DNA of 64,000 nucleotides from Octopus vulgaris (GCA_951406725.2 OX597821.1:47244001-47308000); one strand, 5' to 3'; counted from the first letter of the stretch, positions 1-11,567 are shown. Notes: generated by a model from the letters alone, not told the origin. Numbers and translations are program-made.

Positions 1-243
1 GATGTTGGTCCCGATGATGGAGTCGACATTGCCCAAATCTTTGAACCGAGGAGAAGCAGGACTGGCGCCAGGTTCTGGATGCCTTATTTTCCCATGAAGA
101 AAAGGGTAAGTTGCATCGTTTAGTTTGTCTTTGTAGCACAAGAGTGGCCTTCCAACTGACCTTACTGTTGGGAATTGGCCGAAGAGAAGTTGCTTCGGAA
201 TTCCGATATCAGTCATACGTGAGAGATGACCTGACCATCTAAG
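1..243 (-). mobile_element. RTE-clade LINE, C-terminal ORF fragment (continues off window)
   Basis: Minus-strand translation LRWSGHLSRMTDIGIPKQLLFGQFPTVRSVGRPLLCYKDKL matches the post-RT 'LRWxGHxxRM..PKQLLxG..GRP' block of RTE elements; similar block at 21.2 kb. Confidence 0.8.
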
Positions 244-249
244 CTGTAT

Positions 250-280
<31 letters not shown>

Positions 281-505
281 ATAATATTATATATATAGTG
301 TATTTTGGACTAATGAGTATATGTCGATTAGTGTGTTGAAGTTTTTAGTAGAGCACTGGCACGGTTTGGGCTACCTGGTGTCATCTGGGTTATATTTCCG
401 TTCGATCTACTTCAGGAACTCCGCAGTGTTAGTTGAGATATAAAAATAATAATAATAATAATTTCTTAAATAACGAGAAGATGGATTTGGTATTGATTTT
501 TATTT

Positions 506-607
506 TGTACAAAGGTCGTTTCGACCCATCCTGCTACTGTCCTTATGGATGGGACTCCGTTCAACATGTGTTGCATCCATTCTGCAGTGTGGGTTTCATC
601 AGGTGCA
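506..607 (-). ncRNA. Degenerate type I hammerhead-like motif with long stem II
   Basis: Minus strand: tgcac CTGATGA aACCCA..CTGC..ATGGATG..CATCCAT..GCAG..TGGGTc GAAA cgacc tt tgtac, then AATAAA. Core boxes intact, stem II nested pairings visible, stems I/III imperfect. Confidence 0.55.
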
Positions 608-1025
608 TCCATACATAAAGTTGTGTCTCGATAAAGGTCCTGAGTTTTGGTTGTCATGTTGTTATATGGCCGTCTGGTTATTCAACTGAATAAGTACCGA
701 GCTTTAAAAAAAACGTAATGGAGTCAATTCGTTCATCTAAGAATTTTTCAAGGCGGTGTTCCGGCATGGCTGCTGTTTTTCAGCATGGCTGGAATTTCTG
801 AAGTAAATCCAGGGGCATATAGTCCATACATCAGGTAACCGAATAATGGGAACGGGCTTTAAACAAAATAGTACAAAGTGTATACTAGTATTCAAAATTA
901 TAACCTATACATATGTACATTAGAATCTGATTATTCACTGAGTCGTTATTCCGAAGGAACTGCTTTTGGTGTTCATGCAAATACTCCAATTCGTGTGCAG
1001 CAGATGTCCCTACTAATCATCATTG

Positions 1026-1200
1026 GTTGGCATCCTTTTTTGTCTCGGGAGACAATGGAGTTGCGCATAAAGTAGTCTAGTCCGGCTTTTATATTTCATG
1101 TCCTGATACATTTCCTGCTGTGGCTGTGTACTAATCTTCAGATATTCTGATATACCACCAAAGGACTGTTGAGATAAAGTGTTCTTGTATCACATACCAT
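1026..1200 (-). mobile_element. RTE-type LINE 3' end remnant
   Basis: ggcatcc..gtctcgggagacaatggagttgcgc resembles the reverse complement of the RTE 3' terminus at 21635-21675; minus frame ends ..VHSHSRKC. Confidence 0.45.
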
Positions 1201-1554
1201 GAGAAAGGGAGCAGAGTGACAAATAGAGGAGTGACAAGGAGAAAGAAAGGAGAGAAGGCAACTGTTATTTCAGTGTAAAGTAAGTGCTTCACTATTTGCT
1301 TCAAGTATTAAATACATGTATCAGGAAAAATAAATTCGCTCAGCCTTAAGACAAACACACACACATGATAGATTGAAGAGAAAAAAAAAGTTAAAGAGTA
1401 AAAGGGAGGAAAGAAATGGCCTGGGGGACATAGCTGAAGGCTGGAATTAAAGGGAGAGTCTCTAAACTATATTTTTTGCTCTCTATTTATTAGGAATTTC
1501 TACAATCGCTATTTGACATACTGTCATTTTGGTTTTTTAATCCTCTGGCTATTT

Positions 1555-1557
<3 letters not shown>

Positions 1558-1598
<41 letters not shown>

Positions 1599-1884
1599 TG
1601 TGCGTGTGTGTGTATGTGTGTGTTTGAGCCTTCATTTGTGTTTAGCTGTGTACCCTACGTGTTGTGTCTGCATGTGGCTGAATGTACCCTCCTGTAAATA
1701 GCGTTGCAAAACCTTGGCAGCACCTCTTGACTTTTCGTGTTATCTCCTCCCTTGTCCGTCCATCTATCTATTTTTTTTTCATTCATTTACTCCTCTCCGC
1801 CTTTTCCTCGTGTTTTTCTTTTTGTTTTTTTTGTTTTGTTTTTTCTCGCACATAATTGCATACACACACTCACACACACACACA

Positions 1885-1937
<53 letters not shown>

Positions 1938-1946
1938 ACACACACT

Positions 1947-2021
<75 letters not shown>

Positions 2022-2022
2022 A

Positions 2023-2081
<59 letters not shown>

Positions 2082-2807
2082 ACATACACACAAACGACGC
2101 GTCCCTATACTTTACCCACGCGCATACTACACATACATCCATCCACAGACGCCCATAAACATACACATGCACAAATATGCACTCACACACACTCGCCATG
2201 CGCCACCTTGCCCCCGCCCCCTCCTCCACCGTTTCCTATTATTCATTCCCCCTCTTCTCTCTCCCCTTCCCATAAATGCATCATCTTGATGTCTCCTCTT
2301 CTCATTTCTTGCTTTATCCGTTAAAGATTGCAGTTTCACTTGTCATCTTCTCTCCATACCTTTCTTCTATCTCTCTCTCTCTTTCTCTCTCTCTCTGTCT
2401 ATCTATCTATCTCCCTCCCTCCCTCTCTCTGTTTTTCCCTCCCCTTCCTTTGCTCCATCTCAACTCTGTTTCACTCTCATATTACTTCTCTCTCCTCTCA
2501 CTACCTCTCTATTGACGTCCTTCACTTATCTCTTATCAAGCCACACATCTCGTCCCCTGATACTTCAGCCCATTCCCACTCATTACGGGTTTTTTTATTA
2601 CATTGCTCCATCACTCAACCTCCCCCCACCCTCATTTCTTTCTATGTATGTATGTATATGTGTGTGTGTGAGTGTGTGTGTGTATATATATATGCCCCTT
2701 CCCTTTCCTTTCCTTTCCACCCTCTTTTTCTCTCTCCCTTCTACTGCAAAACACTACAGTTTTTTCTATCCTCTGTTGAAATATAGCCACACGCGCACAC
2801 ACGCACG

Positions 2808-2840
<33 letters not shown>

Positions 2841-2929
2841 ACACACACACACTCACACATACACGTACACGTACACGCACGCACACACATACACACACAC
2901 ACTCACACATACACGCACACGTACACGCA

Positions 2930-2991
<62 letters not shown>

Positions 2992-3081
2992 CTCACACAT
3001 ACACGTACACGTACACGTACACGCACGCACACTCACACACACACTCACACATACACGTACACGTACACGTACACGCACACG

Positions 3082-3112
<31 letters not shown>

Positions 3113-3590
3113 ACACGTACACGCACGCACATACACACACCAGCATCTCCCAACGCCACAATTACTGCCACTCATCACCGCCGCCCGCCCTCAACCACCC
3201 ATCTACCAGAGATATTGACGCCTACAGCATCGAAATCTCTATCAATGCTACCAATCAACCACCACTATCGCTCGTACCACAGCAGCCACCACCAACACCG
3301 CCATTCCAATCCCCCCACCCTTACCACCACCACCACCACCACCACCTTCAACAACAGCAACACCACTCCTAACCCCAGCCACTACCTCCTCCTCCACCGC
3401 CTTCCTCCATTAACACACCATTACCAACAATTCCACAATCATAATCACCATCTCCCAAACACCCCCTGCCAACACCACCACCACAATCAACAAAATCAGC
3501 ATGAATGCGCAAACCACCATTTTCACAAATCCAACATCACCACAACCACAACCACCACCACCACCACAACAACACGGCCATCATGACAAC
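1558..3590. repeat. Microsatellite/low-complexity block: (GT)n, (CA)n with CT interruptions, pyrimidine tract, (CACGTA)n, (CAC/CAA)n
   Basis: Directly visible: 1558-1623, 1861-2092, 2787-3140, 3280-3590. Confidence 0.95.
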
Positions 3591-3618
3591 TACCAGTTTT
3601 AACACCACAGCAACTACC

Positions 3619-4016
3619 AGGGGCTAAACGCAGAGAGGACAAACAAGGATAGACGAACGGATTAAGTCGATTACATCGATCCCAGTGCGTAACTGGTACT
3701 TATTTAATCGACCCCGAAAGGATGAAAGGCAACGTCAACCTCGGCGGAATTTGAACTCAGAACGTAACGGCAGACGAAATACCTATTTCTTTATTACCCA
3801 CAAGGGGCTAAACACAGAGCGGACAAACAAGGACAGACATAGATATTAAGTCGATTACATCGACCCCAGTGCGTAACTGGTACTTAATTTATCGACCCCG
3901 AAAGGATGAAAGGCAAAGTCGACCTCGGCGGAATTTGAACTCACAACGTAACGCAGACGAAATACCGCAGCAAAGCATTTCGCCCGGCATGCTAACGATT
4001 CTGCCAGCTCGCCGCC
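3619..4016 (-). mobile_element. tRNA-derived SINE family C (Meta/MESC-like central domain), partial tandem
   Basis: Head ggcggcgagctggcagaa..gagttcaaattcc (A/B boxes), central gtcgactttgcctttcatcctttcggggtcgataaa; second unit lacks its head. Many copies in window. Confidence 0.85.
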
Positions 4017-4324
4017 TTCCCATAACCGTCTCCATCACCATCCTCGCAAGAAAAACTGGCACCACCACCACCACCACACCGCAAGTACCACGCCACAAAC
4101 AACAACAACAAGCTATCAACAGACCCCCCCACCACCACTAGCACCTCAAACACTAGGTCTTTCCGTGATCCAAAAGTACTAGAAAAAGACAGTCATATTA
4201 CCTTGTTTGTAAACTGAACAGATATAACACTTCATTATACGATGGCTCGAAAAATTTAGACGATCCTGGGTCTGCTAAAGAACACCAACAGTTAGTTATC
4301 ACCCCTACCACCACCATTACCTCT

Positions 4325-4522
4325 GTGGAGGCACGATGGCCCAGTGGTTAGGGCAGCGGACTCGCGGTCACAGGATCGCGGTTTCGATTCCCAGACCGGG
4401 CGTTGTTTGCGTCCATTGAGCGAAAACACCTAAAGCTCCACGAGTCTCCGACAGGGGATGGTGGCGACCCCTGTTGTACTCTTTCGCTCCAACTTTCTCT
4501 CACTCTTTCTTCCTGTTTCTTG
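4325..4522 (+). mobile_element. tRNA-derived SINE family B, 5' part
   Basis: gtggaggcacgatggcccagtggttag..gtttcgattcc (A and B boxes); matches the complete copies at 17322 and 18172. Confidence 0.85.
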
Positions 4523-4879
4523 TCCCCAACTTCCTGAGCCTGGATGCTCATTCATCCATCCGTCGATGCTCTCTTCTGCGGGTCTTACGAATAGTAAAGG
4601 ACCACATTTCGGACTTCTCCCATCTTGTAAGCTCTGGGACGAACAGCAACAGCAACCAGCATCATTATCAGCACCCCTACAAATAACATCACTGCTGCCT
4701 CGTTTAAGTGGTGATTCAGTTTGATACAAGAAGCATCAAAATCTCCCTGAAATCACATTTAAGCTTCTTAAATAGAGGAAGGACACTGACTATAAAAATG
4801 GAGATGTTGAGGTCGGAAGGAATGTGGCTGTCATAGGTTAGCTTCATCAGGATAGACCTGGAACTAATGTGATCGACAC

Positions 4880-4919
4880 GGCCACCGTCACCACCACTAC
4901 CGCCACCAGCACCACTCTT

Positions 4920-4956
<37 letters not shown>

Positions 4957-5330
4957 CCATTACCTTCGTCGTCGTCACCACCACCATCGTCACCACTGTC
5001 AACACCACCACCGTCAACATTTCCACCACCGTCTCCACCACCGCCACCGCCACCACCACCACCACCACCATTATCGCCATCATCGTTACGACAATGAACA
5101 GCTACGGTTTTCTTGTTTCATTTCGGTTATTTTTTCTTTTATGTAATATTGTAAGCTTGTTGCTGATGTTGTTGTTGTTGGTGGTGGTGGTGGTGTTGTT
5201 GTTGGTGTTGTTGTTGTTATTGTTGTTGTTATTGATGATGATGAGGATGATGATGATGATTATGATGATGATGATGATGATGATGATTACAACGACGACG
5301 ACGACGACGACGATGATGATGGTGATCGTG
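4880..5330. repeat. Compound trinucleotide tracts (ACC/ATC/GTC then TGT/TGG/TGA/CGA)
   Basis: Directly visible; produces the spurious ORF 4869..5390. Confidence 0.9.
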
Positions 5331-5595
5331 TTGTTCAGTTATTATTGGTCAATGAAAGGTGAAATGAAAGCGAGGCGTGAACACAGGTAGTCTCTTCCTT
5401 TGTCCTTACTAATAATAATGGACGAAACAGTCGCCCGGCACAATGAAGTCTCTTATCATTTCACAGCAAATAAACTGCGAGCTTCTCAATAGGTCTCAGA
5501 AGTCAACCCCGCTGGCTTCTAAGAAGGTCATATACAAGGAAAGGGTAACGAAGGTAGGTAGGTAGGTAGGTAGGTAGGTAGGTTCGATGGATTGA

Positions 5596-6004
5596 TTCTT
5601 TTCTTTTACTTTTACTTGTTTCAGTCATTTGACTGCGGCCATGCTGGAGCACCGCCTTTAGTCGAGCAAATCGACCCCGGGACTTATTCTTTGTAAGCCC
5701 AGTACTTATTCTATCGGTCTCTTTTGCCGAACCGCTAAGTGACGGAAACGTAAACACACCAGCATCGGTTGTCAAGCAATGCTAGGGGGACAAACACACA
5801 CACACAAACACACACACATACACATATATACATATATATACATATATACAACAGGCTTCTTTCAGTTTCCGTCTACCAAATCCACTCACAAGGCCCGGGG
5901 CTATAGCAGAAGACACTTGCCCAAGGTGCCACGCAGTGGGACTGAACCCGGAACCATGTGGTTGGTTAGCAAGCTACTTACCACACAGCCACTCCTGCGC
6001 CTAT
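5596..6004 (-). mobile_element. tRNA-derived SINE family A (internal CA/TA microsatellite)
   Basis: Minus head ataggcgcaggagtggctgtgtggtaag..gggttcagtccc; tail ..tgactgaaacaagtaaaag; more than 10 copies in window. Confidence 0.9.
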
Positions 6005-6149
6005 AGCCACTCCTGCGCCTATGGATGGATTCTTTTCTTTTACTTTTACTTGTTTCAGTCATCTGACTGCGGCCATGCAAGAGCACCGCCTTAACTGTTT
6101 GCGTTTCTTTTCTCTCTATTCATTAGAATTTTTCGTATAAAGTTGGAAC

Positions 6150-6800
6150 TATTTTCTAATAAAGAAAGAAAAACCCCATCGATGGAATTTAGATAACAAC
6201 GATAAGAGTCACAAGCTGAATTTTGAAAACACCTTGAATATTTTTACTGTTCAACATATAGACTGTAACTGTAAAGTGCGCGTTAGCCAGGTTTGTTCAT
6301 TATTCCAAAACCCCAGCTTTTCCAGTTTCGCTTAGACATTTGCTAACATAACCGAGTGCACCAACGATTATTGGTATTTATGTAAATTTATATTGAGGGT
6401 AGAAGAGCTACAGTTGTCCATAAATATTATTATTCTCGCTGATTTTCAAAGAGTGTTTCAAACGTGCAGGGAAGCTAGCCTCCACAGCAGTATATATTCC
6501 AAATAATTATATTGGGTCTGTATTGCTTGCACTTGGTATAAGTTTTGATGGGAATATTCCGCTAATATCCCTTGTCTTGATATGTATTAATTATATGGCA
6601 CAGATGTTGCTTCTTATGTTGATATCATTGTATATTGTTTCAATAATGTTTTTGAGCAGCTGCTAATTATATGTTATATTCTCCACAGAAGAGCGACATA
6701 ATTGACATTTGCGGTTGCCCCTTAGGATTTTAAGGGTTTCAGTCTCGTTTGTTCATTAGATATTTTGCTCAGTGCAGGAGCAGCTGAAACGAATACTGTC
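6150..6800 (-). mobile_element. Degenerate RLE-type (R4/NeSL-like) non-LTR retrotransposon, C-terminal part
   Basis: Minus frames: GNRKCQLCRSSVENI/HIISSCS (CCHC knuckle), then KCKQYRPNIIIWN..VEASFPA..ENNNIYGQL..IPIIVGALGYV, the RPD..E restriction-like endonuclease layout. Confidence 0.65.
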
Positions 6801-7204
6801 TCTTCTTCTCTCGGTATTGCACCAATGCTAAAAACTTTTCCTGGTACGGAGAGCAATGTGAACGATAGTGGCCATCCATCAACAATATCTCGGTAAGTTT
6901 CTCAAAGTCACCTGCCGAAAGCGATTTACAAACGTGTAAATAAAATACTTCTGCGAAGAAAATGCCGCCTGCTGCAAAGCATTGTAGGTTTCGTCTGTAA
7001 GGTTATATTTGGCACCTGTTATTTATTCGGCATACAAAAGACTGCATTGACAGATACCAAAAGAGAGAGAAATTTCTCTAAGACTTTAAATGTATGAGGA
7101 CTATTAAGAAAAAAAAAAGCGAAAAGAAATGAAACAGATCCACCGTACTGGAGGAAAATCACAGCGGTTAGATGTACACAAACTACTGATAGCCGAAATT
7201 TCCA

Positions 7205-7898
7205 TCAAATTTATATAGCTTCTGTTCAATCGTAGAATAACAATGGATGGTTAAACTTTACACAAAATCTACATCACATCTAACCAGTTGTACAATACGT
7301 TAATAAATATGGAAACCTATAACTTCCACTAACTTTATATCAATCCTAGCCATCTGGAGAACAATTATGGAAGGCTATAATTTCCAATAACTTCATGTAT
7401 ATCACTTCTAACCAATTGTACAACAACTATGAGATTGTTACACATTCCACAAACTCTAAGTGACATCTAGCCATTGCATGATAACAACGGATGGCTATCT
7501 CTTCTATTATAAATGGCCACAACTTCGAAGTTTATATTACTACTAGCCAGTTGTACAATAACTATGGATGACCATAATTTCCAGTAACTTTATATCACTC
7601 CTAACCAGTGATACAATAAGTATATATATATATATGAGAAAGTTGGTGTGTGAAAGCACGTGGTTGGAGGTATAAAAATAGAAAAGAGTGAAAAGACCAC
7701 AGAAGGCTTGTTTTATAAGGTTAAAGAATATATTTAAGTCGTTATGTTAAAAAAATGTTATAAACTTTTGTATAACAAAATTTTATAACAAAATTTTATA
7801 AACATTTTTCTAACATAACGACTTAAATATATTCTTTAACCTTATAAAAGAAGCCTTCTGTAGTTTTTCACTTTTTCTATTATATATATACATATATT

Positions 7899-7965
<67 letters not shown>

Positions 7966-8049
7966 AATCCAAACGGGAAAACAAAAAAACAACAACAATG
8001 GAACAATTACAGTATTATTATTAATAGGCGCTCAGGAAATGGAAGCAGG

Positions 8050-8117
<68 letters not shown>

Positions 8118-8215
8118 CACTTAATTCTTTATATCACTTCCACCCAGTTGTACATTAACTATATACGATTATATCGCCTAAAATTTATATATCATATCTA
8201 TCCAGTTCTACGCAG
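7205..8215. repeat. Degenerate ~57 bp minisatellite interrupted by insertions at ~7620-8112
   Basis: Recurrent unit ~atatcacttctaaccagttgtacaataactatggatg.ctataatttcca.taacttt, about 7 copies at 7205-7620 and about 2 at 8115-8215. Confidence 0.7.
7677..7881. repeat. Inverted repeat with ~80 bp arms
   Basis: atagaaaagagtgaaaagaccacagaaggctt..gttatgttaaaaaaatgtt versus reverse complement of 7801-7880; few mismatches. Confidence 0.85.
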
Positions 8216-8529
8216 TTATATTCGATTCTGGCCAAATACCAAAATCTAACAATGTTTCTGTAAAAATTCTCACTTTAATATCATGTTTAAGTAAAAGAAT
8301 GAAGTTATATTTGTGTTTCTAATGGCACTGGTATTATGCCAAATAATCTTATGATGGAGTCGGTCAGGAAAAATATAAGTCAAAGTGAAACACCAAATAT
8401 CTGCACAGATCTGTATAAATATATAGAACTTTGGGCGTCTGCATTTGTTTAAGTGGACAAAGAGCTATATTGAAATATAATCAATGGCATGTAGTTGTAT
8501 ATACGTGTACAATTACACTAGTACACACA

Positions 8530-8584
<55 letters not shown>

Positions 8585-8769
8585 GTGCACGCACGCAGAC
8601 ACACGTGTGTGTATGCATGTGTGCGTATAAGTACTGGGGTCGATTAATTCGACAAAAAATCCTCAAGGCGGCACCCAAGCATGGCTGCAATCTAATGACT
8701 GAAAGAAGCAATAGAGAAAATATATATACATACATTCATACATACATATATCTATATATACATACATAA

Positions 8770-8822
<53 letters not shown>

Positions 8823-8875
8823 AAATTAAAAAAGGAAAATACGCACACTTACATAGTTTTAATATAATTTTTAAT

Positions 8876-8910
8876 ATATCGACCGGTTTCGCTATCGCTA
8901 TTCATGATAT
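8876..8910 (-). ncRNA. Minimal type I hammerhead ribozyme, A3-U8 core variant
   Basis: Minus: ATATC ATGAATA GC GATA GC GAAA C CG GTC GATAT: 5-bp stem I, 2-bp stem II with tetraloop, palindromic ACCGGT stem III, GUC site. Confidence 0.65.
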
Positions 8911-9109
8911 TATGTTTTACTTACTTGAATATATATTTTTTTCTTTAAGAAGAAATTTTGTCCATGCTGTGTGTGTCGCTATTCACGAGATTATGTTTTA
9001 CTGTTCGCTATTCATGATATTATGTTTTACTTTCGCTGCGTATTTTCCTTTTTTAATTTCTTATGAAATTCCGCTTTTCTGTTATATATATATATATATA
9101 TATATATAG

Positions 9110-9412
9110 GTTATGAGAGGTAATGGTGTCAATAAGACCCAAGGGTGTCAAGTAATGCTGAGTAAGTTCTTTGGACAGACTAGATTATAGTTAAGTTCCA
9201 AGTTCGATGATTATGCGAATGAGGAGTCCAAGGTAGGTCATATATCAGCATGTGTATATATAAGACAAATTTTTTCACGAGATAAAAATTCCAAGGCTGT
9301 GAAAGATTTTAGAACATTTATAAATAGGTTTTACAGCTGTTTCCGGGATATTCTATATATCCCTTCATCGGAGACGGTGTGAGAAAATAGTTAAGCAATA
9401 ATTATTTTAAAT
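9110..9412 (-). mobile_element. PLE pseudo-LTR-like unit (inverted copy) with hammerhead-like motif at 9328-9375
   Basis: 9260-9412 is the reverse complement of 10712-10866; motif gtct CCGATGA a GGGATAT ataga ATATCCC g GAAA CAGCTG TA aaac. Confidence 0.7.
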
Positions 9413-9540
9413 ACTATTGGAACTTACTCAGAAGGTATTGGAATCTTATATGTATATGCTAAAATTATGAATCTACAGATGCAATATTCCTGCATATCTC
9501 ACGTCTATTTTCATTCATCCACTTAACTCTCTATTTCATA

Positions 9541-10711
9541 TCTCTCTATATATAAACGGCAGTTTGTCTGTGTGTCTGTCTGTGTGTCTGTGTGTCTGTC
9601 AGGTTGTACCCTCACTCTGACACGGCTTTCAACCGATTCTGATGAAACTTGACACATACATAGCCCAATGTCATAATTCAAAACTAACGCAGCGAAAATT
9701 TTGAAAAGTTCCCCCAGTTCTGAAAAAAATCGATAAATTCGACATGGGTTCGAGAATCTAAGTTTTTTATATGCAACACATTTTCTGTTGTAGTTTTCGC
9801 AACTTGCAATCGATTTTCACCAAACTCATGATGAAGCTTAATGTTACCCTAAGAAACTTAATTCTGACGTTAGTTTTCCATGCAATACCTTACCATCAGA
9901 AAAAATCGATAAAATCATGCCATTTTGGGAAATCGCGTTCAAATTCAAGATGACATATTTTCGACAATATCTTTCACAAATTGGCTGGAATTTTTCAAAA
10001 AATTCACAGCGAGCATCATGTCTACTCCAAGGAGCTATATGGCCCTTTTTATTCCAATAGGATACTTTATTACTGGAAAAAATCGGTTAATTAAATCATA
10101 TGTTGCACACATAGCAAACCGATTTGTGTATTAAACACAAACCATAGACTGTCTAGGGGACGCGACTCGACCTTTTTAACTCTCGGAACACGTGGGGTAA
10201 GTATCCCAAAATGTATAAAAATGTACAAAAATGGCAAAAAAGTGGGCAGCAATGTGAGTGACAACAACGAATAAGTCAAAAGTGACCAAACTGAACAAAC
10301 GAATGGAAAAGGTTTTTTGGTGCACACGACAAAAGCAGTTTATAATAAACTAAGAGTTTGCAAGTAGCGTCCGAGGACCCTTAGGGTACGTCAAAAATTT
10401 AAGGTAAACCGTTTGGGGTGGTAGTTATAAAAAAAGTTTAAACAAAAAAAGTATTCGAATAACTTGCGGCTGCAGCAGCTATTAGCAGAAGTGGTGGTGT
10501 TGGGGGTAAAGTCTCGAATGTAATTTCTTCCTGGTAGGAATTGGTTGGGCTGAATTATCGATAGCTGTTTGATAGTTATTTGGGAGTGAAGAGAAGATAT
10601 TGCAACCTACACATGCGCCTTCGTTCCCTAGAGGGAAAGGACTAAATTGGGATTAGTCGTTGCCTACTAGGGGCTCTTATATACCTGGGCAACGCCGGGC
10701 TATGCTACTAG
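9541..10711 (+). mobile_element. Non-autonomous Helitron (~1.17 kb), copy 1
   Basis: 5' TC after A, 3' hairpin cctgggcaacgccggg then CTAG|T, no TSD; highly similar copy at ~58030-59192. Confidence 0.85.
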
Positions 10712-10863
10712 TCTTATCTAAAATAACTATTGCTTAATCATTTTCTCACACCGTCTCCGATGAAGGGATATATAAAATATCACGGAAACAGCTGTAAGAC
10801 CTATTTATAAATGTTCTAAAATCTTTCACAGCCTTGGATTTTTATCTCATTCTGAAAAAAATT

Positions 10864-10866
<3 letters not shown>
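10712..10866 (+). mobile_element. PLE pseudo-LTR-like unit (forward copy) with hammerhead-like motif at 10753-10800
   Basis: GTCT CCGATGA agggatat ataaa atatcacg GAAA CAGCTG TA AGAC; ends in (TA)n. Confidence 0.7.
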
Positions 10867-10925
<59 letters not shown>

Positions 10926-11015
10926 CATACATAAATAAATACACACATACATACATACATACATACATACATACATACATACATACATACATACATACAT
11001 ACATACATACATACA

Positions 11016-11068
<53 letters not shown>

Positions 11069-11133
11069 TGTGAAATAGAAAGATGAATAATCTTGTTGCA
11101 TGTTTTTGTTTTTTCCAACGGAATTCCTATTTC

Positions 11134-11213
11134 TTCCTGAAGAGAAAGACACAATATGGTCTCCTTATTCAATCGGAATTTGGTAAATTGTGCCTTTCGA
11201 AACACGTGTAGAA
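11134..11213 (+). ncRNA. Type I hammerhead ribozyme with canonical core
   Basis: ttc CTGAAGA GAAAGACACAAT [31 nt] ATTGTGCCTTTC GAAA CACGTG TA gaa: 12-bp stem II (1 mismatch), palindromic stem III, GUA site, AATAAA 3 nt past stem I; unit 11069-11272 flanked by (TA)n. Confidence 0.8.
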
Positions 11214-11267
11214 TGCAATAAAACGATTTCTGTTCAATCTTCGTTCAACTCCATTTCTTCAATTCAC

Positions 11268-11298
<31 letters not shown>

Positions 11299-11507
11299 GC
11301 CGGAGTAAACACGTAAATGTGAAACAAGGTGGGAAAAAAGAGTACTCAAATACCAGAGGTAAAGTAATATGCTTTATTAAAAGCAGCAGAAATATCACAA
11401 ACTGTTACTCAGAGTTTCACGCTCCCGTTTGTCGGACAGTTTTGTTAGATAGAAGAACGGGAACGTGAAACTCTGAGTAACAGTTTTTGTGATATTTCTG
11501 ATTTCTG

Positions 11508-11510
<3 letters not shown>
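11299..11510. mobile_element. Inverted PLE pseudo-LTR-like pair with hammerhead-like motifs (11401-11440 minus; 11452-11484 plus, 5'-truncated)
   Basis: Minus: ACTGT ccgacaa ACG ggag CGT GAAA CTCtGAG TA ACAGT; plus: gaaga ACG ggaa CGT GAAA CTCtGAG TA ACAGT; flanked by (TA)n. Confidence 0.7.

Positions 11511-11567
<57 letters not shown>

Noticed and set aside
1714-3586. Long ORFs rich in HT/CV/YI repeats (also 14194-16252, 29449-30169, 51768-53683)
   Set aside because: They are translations of stop-free microsatellites, with no domain content.
3869-4141. Recurrent ORFs MRNWYLIYRPRKDERQSRPRRNLNS and MLGGQTHTH..LLTTQPLLRL
   Set aside because: Read-throughs of SINE families C and A; database matches would be mis-predicted proteins.
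4869-5390. 173-aa hydrophobic ORF resembling a membrane or mucin-like protein
   Set aside because: Composed of trinucleotide runs; no non-repetitive coding signal.
9639-9650. CTGATGAAAC in the Helitron (also ~58119)
   Set aside because: No stem II between the boxes; it is part of the ccgatt..atgaaactt motif of the Helitron 5' region.
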